This document shows positions 29,003 to 43,399 of a DNA stretch of 64,000 nt, one piece after another (the stretch's first letter is position 1; every line of letters begins with the position of its first letter). Location: positions 12,524,001 through 12,588,000 of the forward strand of contig OX597824.1 of NCBI GenBank assembly GCA_951406725.2. Reading direction: 5' to 3'. Origin of the DNA: Octopus vulgaris (lineage: Eukaryota). The notes under the pieces are model-generated. The model was not told the DNA's origin. It saw nothing but the letters and a program-made list of their open reading frames with translations, and made no database searches. The position numbers and the translations under genes were made by a program.

Positions 29003-31860
29003 TTCAGTAGTTTTATTTTTATAGCGTGCTTTCACTTCACTACCGAGCGCAGCTCTGTGTGCCTTGGGTATGTGCTGTGATTTGTTGTGATGCTCTGATG
29101 GTTATTGTATGGAAAGTGTTCTGCGTAGGATGTGAGCAGTGCCTAGTCGTGCAATTTTTTGTATGTTATATGTGTTTGTAAGTCCTGGTGTTTTTGTTAT
29201 GTATTTGTCTGAATATTTTTTTATCATGCCTAATGCACCTACTATGATAGGAATTGTTTCTGTTTTCAGGTTCCACATTCTAGTTACCTCTATTTCCAGG
29301 TCTTTGTATTTTGAGAGTTTCTCCATTTCTTTTAGAGACACGTTGTCATCTGCCGGTATTGATACATCAATTAGAAAGCATTTTTTTTCTTCATGATCTC
29401 TGACAACTATATCTGGTCTGTTGGCCTTAATTTCTCTATCTGTGTGTATCGGCATATCCCAGAGTATGGTTGCTTTCTCGTTTTCTGTGACCTTTTCTGG
29501 TGTGTGCCCATGCCATCTTTTTTCTGTTGTTATTCCATAATGTTGGCATAGCTTCCAATGTATGTAGGTTCCAACTCTGTCATGTCTGTGAATATATTCC
29601 TTCTTAGCCAGGACTGGGCAGCTAGAGATAATATGATTTATTGTTTCTTGTCCATCTCCACATATTCTGCAGTTACTTGTAATATTTCTTTTCATTACAT
29701 GTTTTTGGTAATTTCTGGTGGGGAGGCTTTGGTCTTGTGCTGCAATTAAAAATCCCTCTGTCTCTGCTTTGAGTCCTGAGCTTCTCAACCATTGCTGGGA
29801 TTTTTCTTTGTCTATTTCTTTTGCGTTTAGTTTAGTGCAGGATTTACCATGAAGGGGCTTTTCTTGCCATCGTTTTATCATGGCTCGTTGCTGTTCTATT
29901 TTTAGTTTGGATTTCATTTGTTTTATAGCTTTTGTTGTTTCTTCATCATCTTCTTCTTCTTCTTTGTGTTTATTAGGTGGTATGATTTCTTGTTTGTATT
30001 TGTCAGCTTCCTTAAATACTGAGAACAGTTTTTTGTTTTGCTCGTGTTTTGCTGCTATCTGGATCAGTTTTCCTTCCTTCTGAAGTAGGTATTTTTGCAG
30101 TCCTATGGTGGTTATTTTATAGTAGTTTTCCAGCTGTATAAGGCCTCTTCCACCTTCTATACGTTGTATATATAGTCTTTCTATGTCAGATTTTGGGTGA
30201 TGCATCCTAGATCCTGTCAGTGTTTTTCTTGTTTTCCTATCTATTTTGGACAGTTCATTTCGTGTCCAGTTAAGGATATTGTAGCTGTAACTTATAACTG
30301 GGACAGCTAAAGTGTTGATACCTATTATCTTGTTTTTAGCATTGAGCTCTGTTTTTAGTATTGATCTAACTCGTCTATAATATTCTTTTTTTATTTTCTC
30401 TTTCATTTGTGTGTGTTGTGTCTTATCTAGTTCATGGATTCCTAAGTATTTGTAAGTTTGGCTTTGGTCTAATTCTTTTATTTCATTGGTTTTATCTAGT
30501 GTGATGTTGTTACTCTTAACTAGTTTTCCTCTTTTCATGGTTACTTTGGCGCATTTTTCTAATCCAAATTTCATATCTATTTCTTTGGTAAATCCATGAA
30601 CTGTCTTTAATAGTGTTTCCAGCTGTTTGTCATTTGCAGCGTATAGTTTTAGGTCATCCATATATAAAAGGTGGCTGATCGTTTTGCCGTAACATTTATA
30701 TCCGCATCCAGTTCTATTTAGCATATCAGATAGAGGTGACAGTGCCAATCAGAAAAGGAGTGGAGAGAGCGTGTCTCCCTGGAATATTCCTCTTCTAATG
30801 CGGATGTCTTTGGTTTTCATGAGTCCCTCTTTTGTTTGGAGGTGTAGGACTGTTTGCCATTTATTCATAGAGTGCTCTATGAATTTTATGATTGTTGGTG
30901 CTACTTTGTTAATGGCTAGTGTTTCGAGGATCCATGTGTGGGGGATGCTATCAAACGCCTTTTTGTAGTCAATCCAGGCCATACTGAGGCCTTTCTTCTT
31001 TCTGTAGCTGTCTTCAGTTACGGCTTTATTAATCATTAGCTGATCTTTACAGCCATATGAGCCCTTGCGGCATCCTTTCTGCACTTCTGGGAACAGTTTG
31101 TTTTCGTCCAGGTGCTTGTTCAGCCTTTGTGATATCACTGCAGTAAATGCCTTGAACATAGTAGGGAGGCAGGTTATTGGTCTGTAGTTTTCTGGTTTTG
31201 TTGTTTCATTTGATTTGGGAATTAAGATGGTTTCCCCTTCGTGAGCCATTCAGGCATTGTCTCTGGCTCTGCTAGTATGCTGTTAAAGTTTTCAGCCAGC
31301 TTTTTGTGCATTCCTGTTAGATATTTCAACCAGAAGTTGGGGATCTTGTCATGCCCAGGTGCCTTCCAGTTGCTTAGTTTTTGCAGTGCCTGGGTGACCT
31401 CTTCAGTTGTTATGGGGGTCCAAAGTTGTTCAGATGCAGAGTTTGTTATTTTCATACTCCTTGATTTTGGCTGTTCGTTCGCCGACCATATTTCTCTCCA
31501 GAATTCTTCCAATTCTTCTGCCGTTGGTGCTGCAGTGACTTCTATTTTATTTTTGCCCAGTTCTTGGTAGAACTTTTTGGGGTCGGAGTTGAACTTTTTG
31601 TTCTGTTCAAAGAAGCGTTGGCGTTTCTCGTACCGGCGGATCTTTGAGCTTTGGCAAGGATATCTTGCTTCAGCTTTCTTTTATCTCCGCCAAATCTTTT
31701 TCTGTGATGTTATATTTGCGGAGCATTTTTGTTCTCTTTTTGTTGCTCAGTAGCGTTGCTTGTTTGCTGATTTCATTAAGAATCGACAGGTCTTTTCTAA
31801 TTTTTTAAATTTTGTTTTGGATGTTATTTATCTTTCTTCTTCTTGTTTTGGATGTTATTT
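29003..31860 (-). mobile_element. RLE-type non-LTR retrotransposon (R4/Dong-like), 5'-truncated, frameshifted RT-ZnF-endonuclease
   Basis: RT motifs YRPITCL, IDYKKAFDS, GIFQGDTLSPLLF, YMDD; CxxC..HxxxxC knuckle (CRICG..HIISSC); RHD; RPD..IDVS..KLSKY restriction-like endonuclease; 3' UTR ends in (AAT)n. Confidence 0.92.
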
Positions 31861-31902
31861 ATCCTTCTTCTTCTTCTTCTTCTTCTTCTTCTTCTTCTTC
31901 TT

Positions 31903-31929
<27 letters not shown>

Positions 31930-31934
<5 letters not shown>

Positions 31935-32297
31935 CCCTCTTTTTCTTTGTACATACAGTCTGTCTGTGTTACTTTTTGGGCGGAGTGACCCATATCTAGT
32001 TAACATCTTCCTTGTCTTTCTGTCTAGGATGTTTAGTTCGTCTACTGTCCATACTATTACCCCTGCTCCATACCTAAGGAGTGAAGCCGCCCAGGTGTTG
32101 ATAGCCTCAATCTTATTCTGTCCGTTTAATTTCGACTTAAGGATCAGTCTCAGTCTGCGCAAGTATTCCACCTTAAATTTTTCTGTCATTTCTTTCTCCA
32201 TCAATTTAGCCATTTCCAATATCCCAAAGAACTTATAGCCCGTCTCTTCTACTTGCTTCATAACCTCCCCTGACGGTATCTTCTTCTTCTTCTTCTT

Positions 32298-32329
<32 letters not shown>

Positions 32330-34125
32330 CCCTCTTTTTCTTTGTACATACAGTCTGTCTGTGTTACTTTTTGGGCGGAGTGACCCATATCTAGTTAACA
32401 TCTTCCTTGTCTTTCTGTCTAGGATGTTTAGTTCGTCTACTGTCCATACTATTACCCCTGCTCCATACCTAAGGAGTGAAGCCGCCCAGGTGTTGATAGC
32501 CTCAATCTTATTCTGTCCGTTTAATTTCGACTTAAGGATCAGTCTCAGTCTGCGCAAGTATTCCACCTTAAATTTTTCTGTCATTTCTTTCTCCATCAAT
32601 TTAGCCATTTCCAATATCCCAAAGAACTTATAGCCCGTCTCTTCTATTTGCTTCATAACCTCCCCTGACGGTATCTTCTTCTTCTTCTTCTTCTTCTTCT
32701 TCTTCTTCTTCTTCTTCTTCTTCTTCTTCTTCTTCTTCTTCTTCTTCTTCTTCTTCTTCTTCCTCCTCCTCCTCAACACAGCGTAGGTAAAAATGCACCG
32801 GAGTTTTTAGTCATCTATCTATTCACAACAACGAAATCAGACAGGTAATACTTTCCTTAAGATGTGCGCTGAGCCCAATAAGGCTGCTTTTTGCAAGACA
32901 TCAATCTTGCATGCGATTTCCAGTTGCCTTCAGAAGACTTGAAGTTTCAATAGGATTGAGCCCAACGCTCCAATCATCACTGCTGGTATCATTTTACATT
33001 ATCCTTTCGCATTCCATACAGTTTGCCATTTCCACTTCAATTCGGAGTATTTGATGATTTTTTTCAACCTTTTTACTCACATCATTCATGTAATTTGGCA
33101 TGGCTGCATCAATGATCTGACAGTATTTGTCTCTCTTATTCAATATGACAATATCCAGCTGACGGTGTTCGGTTACACGATCCGTCTGAAAACCATAGTC
33201 CCAGAATATCATTAATTTTCCAGAGGACGAATTAGTATAGACCATTGTATAAGGAGTGAAAGGAGAACGCTTGCCGAGTATTTGATAAATAGTGACGAAG
33301 ACCAGCTGCAATATGCCGCGAAAGATATAGGTGTCTTTGCAAATGAAGTGATGGGCAAGGAAGAGTTTAACCAAAGAGATGAGGAGAAGAGAAATGAAGA
33401 CCTTCTTGAAATGAGAATGTGCGGACAGTTTGAAAGGAATACACAGGGCGTTAAGGATAATACTGCATCGTGGACATGGCTTGAGCGAGGTGGTTTGAAG
33501 CGTACCATCGGAAGCTGGATCATTCCTGCCCAAGACCAGGCTCTCGCTACCAACTCAGTGAAGTATAATATCTATAAAACTTTTGACACCCAGAAATGCA
33601 AACTCAGTGGAAAGAGTGTGGAAAATGTGAGCCACCTGGTAAGTGGATGAGAAAGCCTTACACAAAAAGAATGCAAGCGCCGCCACGACATTTATTATCC
33701 TTAACGTCCTGTGTATTCCGTTCAAACTGTCCATGCATTTTCATTTCAAGGTTTTTTATTTTCTCGTCTTTGAATTTCAAGCAATTCATTATCTAGTTCG
33801 TTAATTTTCCCTGCATGTGCACCCACCACAGTATCAGGGTTCACTCTATAACGTTCCTGTTCCTCATCTTTAACCGCCCCATCACCATTTCCCTGTTCCT
33901 CCTGTCTACTCTTTTCTCCGCTTTCAACTCCTACCTCTCTGTTTTCAACTCCGACCATCCTTTGTAACCCATCCTTAGAGTCTCTCAGACTCTCACTAAT
34001 CCGAGATATTCCAACTCCAGTTAAGTAACCCATCCTCCTAATCTCTCTCACTTGGTTCATTAGTTTATTTGCTACTCCTATAAGGGTGGAAGCTATGCAG
34101 AAGCGATTGAGAGTGGGCACTGCTC
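31930..34125 (-). mobile_element. Decayed RLE-LINE fragments in copy B intron 1, including a (CTT)n-bounded tandem duplication
   Basis: Homologous to 1600-3300; ~345-bp RT piece duplicated (31932-32280 and 32327-32675). Confidence 0.8.
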
Positions 34126-34428
34126 CGGCCCATTACGTTCTGAATTCAAATTTTGATTTAAAATCGCGAAAGGAGTAAGTCGATTAAATTGACACCGGTG
34201 TTCAACTGGTAGTTATTTTATGGAACCCGAAAGAATGAAAGGAAAATCGGCCCCAGCGGCTTTTGAAATCAAAGTTCAAATATTAACGTGTAAATTGGTG
34301 CTGCAGAATGGTTGCAATCCAAGACATATGTATATCTATTTGTCTGTTTGTCTGTCTATCTGTCTGTCTGTCTGTCTACATACATATGAGCACATGAATA
34401 CATTAATTAAAATAAATTAATGACTTAC

Positions 34429-34795
34429 CTTTGTTTCGGAATACTTTATCTAAAGCATAGAGTGAACTCCTTCCATTCAGATGTTGTCCTTTTTTTACTA
34501 GTCCTTCCAAAATCGTTTCAGTTTTACATACAAACACGTAGTTATATGGTCCAATTTTGAGTTTAAAAATATCGCCATATTGTTTTCTGAGCTCTTTCAA
34601 CATTGAATAAAAATCGGTAATGGAAAGGACGTGAAGTAGATTTCCAATTATTGGAAGAGCTCTAGGACCCGGTGGTAAATTGTAGTTAGATTTTGGTGGT
34701 GTCATAAACCATCGTATAATCAGTAAAATGACTAATCCAAATAACAAACTTTGGACACTAACATTCTCTGTAAAAAGTAATGCTGAAAAATCCAT
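34429..34795 (-). CDS. CYP copy B exon 1
   Basis: ATG at 34795, TM anchor plus PPGP; donor G|GTAAGT; phase 1. Confidence 0.93.
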
Positions 34796-37700
34796 AGTAG
34801 CGGTTATTGTTGCAATAATGTTGTCTTAAGTACAACTAATTATGTTTTTCTCAACCAAGTTTTCTTAAACAAATGCCGTTAAACTCCAGAATGTAATTTT
34901 ATACGTCTATTAAATAGGTTAACTTTAGTTATGCGTACATTATGTTAAAGCTGTAAACAACCAGATAATAACCTTGAGTTAAATAACGCTTACGTTTGCA
35001 TTACTGATAACAGCATGTTATATGTATTTAGTTACATCGCTATAAAAATATTGTATTGAGTCCAAAACAATATTTTGTAACTTATTTGTTTTATTCGTCG
35101 ATTTACAACAAAAGCTGCCTAATTTTCGAAGTAGAATCCATTGTGTTGCAGCGTCTGAAGCCACTTTTCTGTCAGTTCTTCGATCGCACACTGATACCAG
35201 TTCTTGTCCTTCGAGGTGAAGAACTTCACTGGGGCTTCCACCTCCTCTCTGTTGATGAAGCATCGCAAGCGCAGGAAGTAGGACCATGTATCAGACCGAT
35301 AATAATCCTAGGGAGCTGAGTCCAGATTATATACTGGGCGTGGCACCAGTTCGATTCCCTCAAATTCCTGGAGTTTATTCTCGGTCGTTCGAGCGGTATG
35401 AGCTCTTGCTGGCAGAAACGTTAGCACGCCGGGCGAAATGCGTAGCCGTATTTCGTCTGCCGTTACGTTCTGAGTTCAAATTCCGCCGAGGTCGACTTTG
35501 CCTTTCATCCTTTCGTGGTCGATAAATTAAGTATCAGTTACGCACTGGGGTCGATGTAATCGATTTAATTCGTTTGTCTGTCCTTGTTTGTCCCCTCTGT
35601 GTTTAGCCCCTTGTGGGTAGTAAAGAAATAGGTATGAACTCTTGCGTTGTTTTACGGCAGATAAAATCGCTTTCTGTTAACCAATGCCAGGTACTTTTGC
35701 CGTACAATGGCATACACCTGTTCAAATTGTTCGGAGTACAGGTTGGCATCGATGGTTCGATCGTGTGGAACGAACACGCAGTGAATTATTCCCTCATAAT
35801 TACACAAAATACTTAGCGACAGTTTCCAGAAACTAGCCCTTGCTTTACTACTGCCTGTGCACGTTAGGGTGGTGGGAAAATATTATTACTTGTTCCGGTC
35901 CATGGATCACCTCCTGCGCTCGCGATGGAAGTTTCTGTGAAGGAGTTCTTTGCCTTGGCGGACAAGAACTACTATCAACCTGGGATCAAAGAAATGGCAG
36001 AAAGGTGACTCCAGACGGTGCAACACGATGGCAAAATATTGCAAAACTTTTGACTCAACACAATATTATCTCCATATTTCTCGTCTTGGAACTACACAAA
36101 AATAAAACAAGATTATTATTGCCGGAGCTATACAACAACACTCTCAGGCTCAGCGACCGGAAAATCCTCGTGATGCCCGTTTTTGTTTCCGAATTGTAAC
36201 TGGAGATGAAAATGGATGTTTCCATAATACCAATAAGGAAAATAAGTGACTTGGTTCTGTCCAGACTTCAAAACCTGTTGCCAAACAAGGGTCGTTTGAA
36301 CAAAAGGTCATGTGTGTTTGTGGGAAGTTGGAAGGATTGTTGCACTCCGAGCGTGTCCCAGATGGTCATACTGTAAACATTAACCTTTATGCATAACAAC
36401 TTCAGCGAGTATATAATACTTTGAGAGCCTGCAATTCGATATTGGTCAATCGAAGACGTGCATTCCTGCAGTATGACAATGCCCCTGCGCACCCTACCAA
36501 TAGGACAAGCGCAAACTTGAGAAAGTTGAGGGGTTGGAAATGCTGCATCACCCTATCTACAGTCCAGACCTTGCACCTTCAGATTACCCCTTTTCCGAGT
36601 CATGACCCATTTCTTGCATAGATGGTGGTTCAACAATGTGGATGAGGTTGGAAACGGGTGTAGGGAGTTTTTAGCGTCTAAACTAGTCAAATGGTATAAG
36701 CCTCTTTCTCGGGTAATGACGGATAGTATGTCCCAAATTAAGTTCAACATCACTGACGACTATCAGCTGTCGGTTTATTATCTTACTTTCTCAATATCAC
36801 ATGCAACGTAGGAACGAGCTAAATTTGACGTGATAGTACGACCTCTCTGAAGGTAACACTGACTAATCACTATGATTATTAGATAGAACGTTATCTATAT
36901 CTGTAAAAGTGTCCTTGGACGAAAATTGTACGCACATTTTGCTGTGACGGTTAATGGCGGCCAAACCGAGGCTAGGATCGAGCTGAAAATTGGCAGGGAT
37001 ACTAAATGAGGATGAGACCTGCGATGGTTAAAATTCGCAAGCTATAAAGATGTGGTTGCTATGAGAAAGAGATTGATGTTTTTTTATCGATTCAAGGGGG
37101 CCCAGAGCCCCTCTAGGTTTGTGCGATTGGCTTTTAATACCCAGCGGCATGCACTGCAGGCTGTTGTCCTCAATAAACATACATTTTGTCGCGAAATTCC
37201 GGCAACTAGGAAACGATTTTTCATTGTGAAAAAACGAGTGCTTTTTACCCTCATTTTCTTTTTAATCTTTTTATAAAAGTGAAAGGATTTCGTCTAATTA
37301 TTTCTGCAGTCCACTTACGATGGTGATTCAGTTGACTAGGAAAACTATACGTGAAGAATATCCAATACCAAACTATCTTAATCTACATATTGAAACTGCA
37401 TTAAACTTTAGCAAGCTTACCTTTACCTATTCTGAGTTACTTGAACGGCGATGTTCCCTTCCCTCTCTTCTGATTATGGATACCTTTTTTTTACCTTTGA
37501 TACCGTTGTTTCACTTTAAGGATACTTCTTTACCCAGCCATTATGATATTTCGACTGCTGTCCACTGTTTCAAATAGGCTTTAGCATTGTCATTATATCC
37601 TTTTTTAAACACTCACATATGATTCGTCCCAAAGAATCAACCTTTAAATAAGAGTTTTGCTTCCACTAGCGAACGCTATACATGTCTTTCAGGAAGCCCC

Positions 37701-39148
37701 GTAGCAATTTAACTTTATGCAGCATTCGCTGTTAGTTTATGTGCACGATATGTGGGAAGATAGAATAAAGGGGGTTTTTATTAGCTTTTCTCTCCGAAAA
37801 AATAGCTCCCTTTGCTGTTGAAAAAAATAAACTCGCAGAGGGAAAGTTTCAACATCTTCAATTTCCTTACATCATTTATGTGGATGTTTCTGACAAGAAA
37901 TTTCGCTTTCATGTAAAATATTTTGTAGTCATTATCCGTAATCTACTCCCAAAACACTTCAGTAGCTCTACTTTACATCGCTTGCAAACTTATATGTTCT
38001 AGGATAATCAAAGTGCAACGACCTCCACAATAACCAGCCTTCAATTTGATTTTCCATTCCTAGGTTAATCGGAAGCAATTTGCCATGCTACACATAAACC
38101 TTCCCGGTAGTTCAATTATTTGGTGAAAAAATACCACGAAAGCATCTTAAACCGTTTAAAGGACAGGTGCGTTTGCTAGTTTACAATAAATTATAAATGT
38201 TTTATTGGGAAATACGAGACGGATGCATTATAGTCTTGTAAATAGATGTGGTTGGTGTATTTGGAAAATCAATAGACTAGGGCATAGCTAGTCAACAAAG
38301 GAACTTCTGTGTGGTTGGTCGACCTTCAAGAAATGACAGCTACAACTTCTGCAAGTCACTCAGATACTTCTTTTTCAGAAGAGGAAAGGCACTTTGGATA
38401 ATGTCCCCCGAATCACTTTGTCCAAAAAGCAAAGCAAAAGAAAACAATATCCAAAGCAGATGGGATAATTAAGACTTAAAAAGCTTTTAACCATAGGTCT
38501 GCTCGAACAGGCACAACCTTGAAGCAAACCAGAAACAAATCATATACTACCAGTTTAATGTAAGAAAGACGCGGGGGGAATGTAACCCCTGTGGCTTCCT
38601 GCTTCTTCGATTAAATTGAAAGAAAAGGAGACAAACAATGGGCGCAGTGGGAAGAACTTGTATGATATGTTTGTTGTATCACAACTGATCTAAACATTGA
38701 ATATTATCATCGTAATAATTTCATAATAGTTATTCATAGCTATATTTTCGTTGAATTATACAAAGGAGTATACCGCAATTATCAAAATAGAGAAAGCTCT
38801 AACTCGAGGAAATTACAATATCAAAGTTTTAAAGGAAAAGGTAAACATGACCACCACCATATTGCTCGAAGTTTTGTCTATTTCTAATCTCTATATATCA
38901 CGATGCATACCTACAGATAGTGCTCATGATATATCAGTCTAGGTATATAACCATGTGTGTCAATTTAATAAACTCTATGGAGGAATACTAAAGAAAGGAA
39001 ACATAGACAAATACAATAATTCACGATCGTTGAACTGTCAGTATTCTGCGAAGAAATAGGACCTCTGCTTTCAAAGAGATGCATTTTCAGTTATATCTAG
39101 TATACCTTAAATAGGTACGCTAAAACACATATATATGACTGATGTATA

Positions 39149-39327
39149 TCACAATCCTGTTACACGGATATTATCATTCACTGGAACATAAGTGATGCCT
39201 GGTTGCTTGCCTTCTAATTTCATTGGTGCTTTTATAGGTTTTTCCAACTGAAATATCTGTAAGATTTTTGTAAAAGTTATGAAAGCTTCCGTATTAACCA
39301 GTGTCACTCCTGCACACATTCTTGGAC
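39149..39327 (-). pseudogene. Duplicated terminal exon 8b of copy C (open frame, acceptor AG mutated)
   Basis: 179-nt intact frame PRMCAG...GITYVPVNDNIRVTGL*; acceptor reads TAT instead of TAG (39328-39330); poly(A) site reads AATATA at 38741-38746. Confidence 0.85.
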
Positions 39328-39412
39328 ATACAAATAAAGCAGATGTTACAAATAAAACGATATACATACACATGTGCTAACATGTGATAAAATTTGAATA
39401 TATTTACCCCCC

Positions 39413-39446
<34 letters not shown>

Positions 39447-41226
39447 CATTCACACACATAGATACGCACACACTCACACAATACATTTATAATTAAAATA
39501 TAAACATAGGTTCATTGAACAAATTTAAATATCACAGCCTTTACATTTCACTATTAATATTTATTCATCGTACATAAGGACTATGAGCCTGAAAATGTTT
39601 TAGAGCAGTAGTCAATGCTGTATCAAAGCTGATAAGCCGTCATTGACTTTAGTTTAGGTGTAAATATCTTTCCTTTGTGAAGTCGAACAAACTTCTCTTC
39701 ATAGACACACACGTCCTGATCAACGTCAGACGTCAGAAATCGATTTTCATGAAACAACAACCAAGGTTATTGAAATACGCGTGGCGCCTTCTGAAAAAAT
39801 TTTGACCATAAATTTTCAAAAAATTTTTGAAAAAATTTTAACGAAAATTTTCAAAAATATTTTCAAGAATTTTTGACGAAAATTTTCAAAAAAATTTTGG
39901 AAAAATTTAAACCCAAATTTAGAAATATTCTTGAAAATATTTTGACCAAAACTTTCAAAAAAAATTTTCAAAAAATAAAAACAAAATTTTGACCAAAACT
40001 TTCAAAACAATTTTTGAAAAATTTTTTACCAAAGATTTGAAAGGATTTTGACGAAAGATTTCAAAAAACTTTTTAAAAAATTTTCACGAGAAATTTCAAA
40101 ATCATTTTTGAAAAAATTTGACAAATATTTGCAAAAAATTTTTCATAACATTTTTGAAAAAATTCGAATGTTTTCGTCAAAATTTTTTCATAAATATTTT
40201 GAAAATTTCTGGTCAAAATTTTGACGAAAATTATTGAAAAAATTATTGAAAAAATTTTGACGAAAATTTTCGAAAACTGTTTGAAAAAATTTTGACGAAA
40301 ATTAAAAAAAAATTCTTTTTAAATTTTAACGAAGATTTTTGAAATATTTTTGTAAAAAGTTTTCAAAATTTTTTCAAAAATTCTTTGAAAATTTCTAGTC
40401 AAAATTTTGACGAATTTTCGAGAAATTTAAAAAATGTGTTTGAAAAATGTAAAGAAAATTTTTTTTGCAAATTTTCAAAATTTTTGCAAAAAATATTTGA
40501 AAATTTCTAGTCAAAATTTTGACGAAAATTTTCCAAAAACTTTTTGAAAAAGTTTTGACCAAAATTTTGAAAAAAATTTTTGAAAAAATTCTGATCAATA
40601 TTTTTCATAATATTTGAGAAAAAATGTTGAGCAAAATTTTCAAAAAATTTTTCAAAAATTAAAAACAAGTTTCGTCATAATTTTTGCAAAAAAGTTTACG
40701 AAAATTTTCATCAAAATTTTTTGAAAATTTTCGTTAAAATTCTTTCAAAAATTTTTTTTAGAAAAGTTTTAAGAAAAATTTTGAAATATTTTTTTAGAAC
40801 TTTCGTGAAAATGTTTTCAACACACGAATTCACACAAAGAATCTTGCAAAGCCAATACAAAAACGAAATGATAATATAGTTTTATTTGCGTAAATTATAT
40901 GAAGGAGTGTACAGTAATTAGCAACATAAAGAAAACTGTAACTCAAGGAAACTACGAAGGAAAGGAAATCATTATGACCACCATATTTCTCGAAATTTTG
41001 TCTATTTCTATTCTCTATATGTCACGGTGCATATCCGCAGATATTCCTATTGATATACCAGCATACATGTATTACCATGTGTGTCTATCTAATAATATTG
41101 TTGGAGAACTACTCAGAGTGAAAGCATAGAGAAATACTATAATTTACTATCGCGGATCTGCCAGTATTCTGCGAAGAAAATTTTTCTCTACTTTCCAAAA
41201 GATATCTCCTCGCTGTCCAAAGTATA

Positions 41227-41405
41227 TCACAATGGTATTGCACGGATATCATCATTCGTTGGGGCATAAACGATGGCAGACAGGTTGCCCTCTAGCGTCA
41301 TTGGTGTTTCGTCAGGTCTTTCCAACTGAAATTTCTGTAAGATGTTTGTAAAAGCCAGGAAAGCTTCCATATTGGCTAATGACATTCCTGAACACATTCT
41401 TGGAC
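41227..41405 (-). CDS. CYP copy C terminal exon 8a
   Basis: GPRMCSGMSL...NLSAIVYAPTNDDIRAIPL*; AATAAA (minus strand) at 40881-40886. Confidence 0.92.
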
Positions 41406-42149
41406 CTACAAATAAAGCAGTAGTTATAAATTAAACAACACACACTATGTATGCTAAATATGTATCATATACAAGTGATAAAAATTAGACAAGTCGTCAT
41501 TGATTTTAGTTAGGTGTGAATATGTTCTGGCTGTTATCTCCTACGCCCTTTATATAGTCGAACAGACTTCCAGTCATAGATACACACGCCCTGACAATAG
41601 TCAGATGTTAAAAATGGATTTCCAGAAACTACAACCATCTTGATGGTACCCCGTGTATTCAAGCACACGGGATTGCCTTCAAGATGACTGTTAATATAAA
41701 GGGAGGTAAATGATTCCCATAGCGCGAAGTTATAAATTTGAATTTGAAATCGAGGAATTAAGTAATTTTATTTAAAATATCTTATTAAATGAATAAGATA
41801 AACAAATCGAGGCTTGATCACAGAAATAAGGATATATCTCGGGAGAAAAAATGACCAAATATTTGTTTAGAGAATAAATATTCTATGTAGCGTATTTAGT
41901 GGACCATTGATGCTTATTTTGTTGAAATGATGAATATCAATACGCACTTAAATAAGATTTGAAGTAGATTGCTTCAAACCAACTCTGGTGATTCTACAAT
42001 TCAATAATTAAATCTCCCCTTAACAAACAGTTTTAAAACAATCATTAGATAGTCTAGCTCTAGATCAAGGCAAATGTTGTGTTGGTCACGTCTGGGAACC
42101 GTTTTATTATAGATATACTAAATCATTAAAATCTATTTACAATACTTAC

Positions 42150-42356
42150 CCAAACCGAAAGGTAAAAAAGCCTCATTTTTCTTTAACTCATTATTTTCAT
42201 CAATCCATCTTTCAGGACGGAATTCCTCTGGTTTATCCCAATAATTCGGATCAGAATGAGCTTCCAATAATAAGAATGAAACGAGAGTACCTTTTGGAAT
42301 ATCATAACCTTGAAGAGTTGTTTGAACTTCAGCGGTGTGTGGAGCAGTTACAGAAG
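42150..42356 (-). CDS. CYP copy C exon 7
   Basis: ctag|ASVTAPH...PERW...FLPFGL|GTAAGT; 207 nt. Confidence 0.93.
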
Positions 42357-42879
42357 CTAGAAAAAAGAATCTTTGTAAATATTAACAGAGCCCAAATTAA
42401 CGATAATCTAAATTAAATACGTTACTATGGATATCATAATAACTTTGATGTAATTATTCTGTGACACCGTTATAGGCATTAATTAATGTGGAGTTGTATT
42501 GAAACAGAAATTTCGTTCCGTAACACTGTTGCTGTAAAATTGGGTATTAAATTAGTCTGTGTTGCAACGTTAGAGATCTGAGCTTATGTAACACTGGATT
42601 GACGAAATGTTGTAATGTAACAATACAGATTAGAACTGAAAGAGAATTGATCATGTCAGGAGGAGTTGACTTTCAGGGACGGTATAACCAACAAAGTTTG
42701 AGATTATATTACAAAAGTGCTTACTAACAATAAAAACAATGTAATTCACAAGGAAAGTATGCCATTAACACAGGGATGTAAAAGTTTTGACTCGAATATC
42801 ATTGGCGTACTGATTCAAGATCGATATGAATAACAGGAGATATCGTTGTATTTTGAAAATTGCATGACGGCCTTCTTAC

Positions 42880-42976
42880 CAATCGTCCCAATTCTGTGAA
42901 CCTCAAAAAGAGTTGCTGCAACGTATGTCATATATGGTTTGTCTTCCATTGTAACAGGTCTGGTCTGATTGGTGAT
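42880..42976 (-). CDS. CYP copy C exon 6
   Basis: ITNQTRP...LFEVHRIGTI; 97 nt. Confidence 0.92.
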
Positions 42977-43111
42977 CTGAAATAGATAAGCATACACAAA
43001 AGACTTAATTCATAATACATGCATACAAACATACATACATACATACATACATACATACATACATACATACATACATACATACATACATACATACATACAT
43101 ACATACATACA

Positions 43112-43142
<31 letters not shown>

Positions 43143-43399
43143 GTACGTGCGTACATATTTATCTCTTTGAAAATCGAAGTAAAAGAGAATATCTATGTAC
43201 AACTGCTTCGAAATTTCCAGCTTCTGTATCCAGACTATGAATTCATTTTCATACTAATAATAATTGGAGCACTAAGTTTTGTTAAAGGAGAATGTGGATA
43301 AACAGGGATTTTCAGAGAGAGAAATCGACCAGCTAATTCGTATATTACAAGTGCAATCTGTGAGTGGAACTGTAAAAATATGCAACACTTTTCTCAAGT

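Noticed and set aside
32258-32779. Poly-Lys/poly-Arg protamine-like ORFs
   Set aside because: Frames through (AAG)n tracts fused to a LINE RT fragment.
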